Below are positions 38,123 to 39,898 of a stretch of DNA of 39,898 bases, piece by piece. Positions within the stretch are counted from its first letter, which is position 1; every line of letters starts with the position of its first letter. The stretch lies in NCBI GenBank assembly GCA_023515725.1, contig JALDTO010000314.1, positions 1-39,898 of the forward strand, written 5' to 3'. The DNA is from Amoeboaphelidium protococcarum X5. Its lineage: Eukaryota > Fungi > Aphelidiomycota. The notes below the pieces were generated by a model, which was not told the origin of the DNA, did no database searches, and worked only from the letters and a program-made list of their open reading frames with translations. A program made the translations under genes and the position numbers.

Positions 38123-39436
38123 ATGCAAAAGTCTATTAGAATGATGATGTTGGCCTCTGTTTGTGCAATTGTGGCCGCGTATCCTCAGCACAACAATGCT
38201 CCTGCTTACTCCTTGCAAAATGCTACTGCTGCTCCTCCTGCACACAATGTTCCTGCTAAGGCGGTTGAGAATTAGCCTACACCTGCTCCTCCTGCGCAAA
38301 ACACCACTGCTCCTGCTCCTGCTTATGTTCCAGAGCAAAACATTCCTGCTACGGCATCGAAGTAGAACACTCCTGCTGCACAGGATACTTCTGCAGCTCC
38401 TTCCGCGCAGAATTCAACTTCCGCTGCTCCAGCTCTAAACACTCCAGCTTATGTTCCTGAGCAAAATGCCACTGCTCCTGCCCCTCAGCAAAACAATTCT
38501 GGTGGTAATCCTTGGGATGAATAGCAGTACAGAAAGTGTCATGACACTGTTGCTCAACCGTGCTGGGATTGTGTGAGCATGCAGCCTCAATAGGCCAAGT
38601 GTCAGCAAATTGAAGATGATTGCCAGAAATTGGGTCGTGGTGAGATCAGCGGCATGCCTGATCCATTCCAATGTCCTCCTTCTGCTCCGGCTGGTGACGC
38701 GTCCGGCTCTTCCAACTCTACTCTGGTTAATGCTCCAGGTTATGGTGGTGCAAACTCCTCTGCTCCTCATCCTTCGACTTCTTCTCCAACTGGTGCCCCA
38801 GTTGCTGCTCCACCTGCACCTCAACCTAGTGCTGATAATGGTGCTTCCCCCGCACCAGCACACGCCCCTGTTACAGATGGTGCACAACCATCCCCATCTC
38901 CTTCCCCAGCACCGACTCCAGCTTCTGGTACTCCAGCAAACAGTCCTGCATATGGTGATGGTCAGCTGATGAAGGCTAGCTTTACTCATTACAGCAAAAC
39001 TGAAAACAGATTTGAGATGACTGCTTGCGCTAAGCCTAAAGGTCCTTTGGAAGGTTTCCCTGTCGCTGCCATCAATGCTGCTTATTTTGGAGCACCAAAC
39101 GATGGTGATATGGGCTACGGTGCAAATTGTGGTCAGTGTTGGCAGCTCAATCTGGAAGGTTATTTGACCGATGCAGAGCTTCCAAATGGTTTGAAGTTTG
39201 CAGAGAATCCGCTGCCTGACCAGACTCTCACCATAAAGGTAAAGGTCGGCGACTGCTGTCCGCGTTATGAGAATTTGAAGTGGTGCGCTCAGGAATCTAA
39301 AACTGATCTCAATCAGGCTGGTAAGTAGATTCACTTTGACTTCCAAGATGAGTCTATGACATCAAATCCTGAGGTTATGGAGATGATTGGAAGATATGGT
39401 GCTATGTATGGCTCAGCAACTCAAGTTGCATGTTGA
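38123..39436 (+). CDS. secreted GH45 (subfamily C, PcCel45A-like) endoglucanase / DPBB protein with Pro/Ala-rich linkers (437 aa)
   Basis: Signal peptide; C-terminal ASFTHY..TAC..AAINAAYFGAP..GANCGQCWQL..QTLTIKVKVGDCCP..ENLKWC..NQAGKQIHFDF..GAMYGSATQVAC. Confidence 0.82.
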
Positions 39437-39784
39437 TTAATTGAGTTTTTAATTTGATTGAATCTATGATGAATAAAAAGCAATGAATTTTGATATTACA
39501 CATATTATTTCCTTTTACACAGTGCTCATATATTATACATTTTAATAAGCTCATATCTCTGATATCTCTGAGCTTCATCGCAGCATTTCAGAGGTTGTAC
39601 AAATCGATGGATCAGTTCTGGTTACATTTGAAGTCAGGCGAGTATGGTGCGACTCGAATCAACCAATCAATGCAGCACAGTCTGGTCACACAGATCAGAA
39701 CTCACAGCACCGTTATAAGTTCAGTATCTGCCTCCATCATCTTTTTATTCTATAAACTATATCAACACAATTTTAAATATAAAA

Positions 39785-39898
39785 ATGAAATCTTATACCT
39801 TAATTGCATTATATCTTGCTGCTGTCTCTGCTACCATCGGCCATCACGGTCTTAAAGGCCTTAAGGGCAAGAAAGGCAAAGACTGCGATGACGACAAA
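39785..39898 (+). CDS. secreted protein, 5' fragment running off the window end
   Basis: aaaaATG then MKSYTLIALYLAAVSATIGHHGLKGLKGKKGKDCDDDK: signal peptide plus Gly/Lys-rich start. Confidence 0.7.
   Translation, partial: MKSYTLIALYLAAVSATIGHHGLKGLKGKKGKDCDDDK

Noticed and set aside
38435-39346. 303-aa minus-strand ORF in the track
   Set aside because: Antisense shadow of the GC-richer GH45 gene with no recognisable protein features
39600-39670. Possible tRNA (ACTCGAATC resembles a B-box/T-loop)
   Set aside because: No cloverleaf or acceptor stem could be built

Overview
Gene-dense, intron-poor eukaryotic DNA that uses a non-standard nuclear code: TAA and TAG read as Gln, and TGA is the only stop. 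This is why the supplied ORF track is fragmented. Read this way, the window holds 23 genes (2 partial) and only three confident short GT-AG introns (62-68 nt). Housekeeping genes include RPS14, MCEE, PES1/NOP7, SEC7/BIG, a Ste20/PAK kinase, AFG2/SPATA5, DIM1, CAF16, kinesin-12, RRN3, a YBL028C/LLPH-like protein, mitoferrin and a PPR protein. Opisthokont/fungal-like proteins plus UAR=Gln are consistent with an aphelid such as Amoeboaphelidium protococcarum (inference, not proven). The most notable items are a low-complexity protein carrying most of the linear motifs of animal 4E-T plus Eap1-like PPG motifs, a secreted PcCel45A-like GH45 cellulase, a protease-less ADAM-like/EGF receptor with a cytoplasmic SH3 domain, a degenerate NYN-LOTUS protein, and several secreted effector-like proteins. 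All translations and counts were done by hand and no database searches were run.
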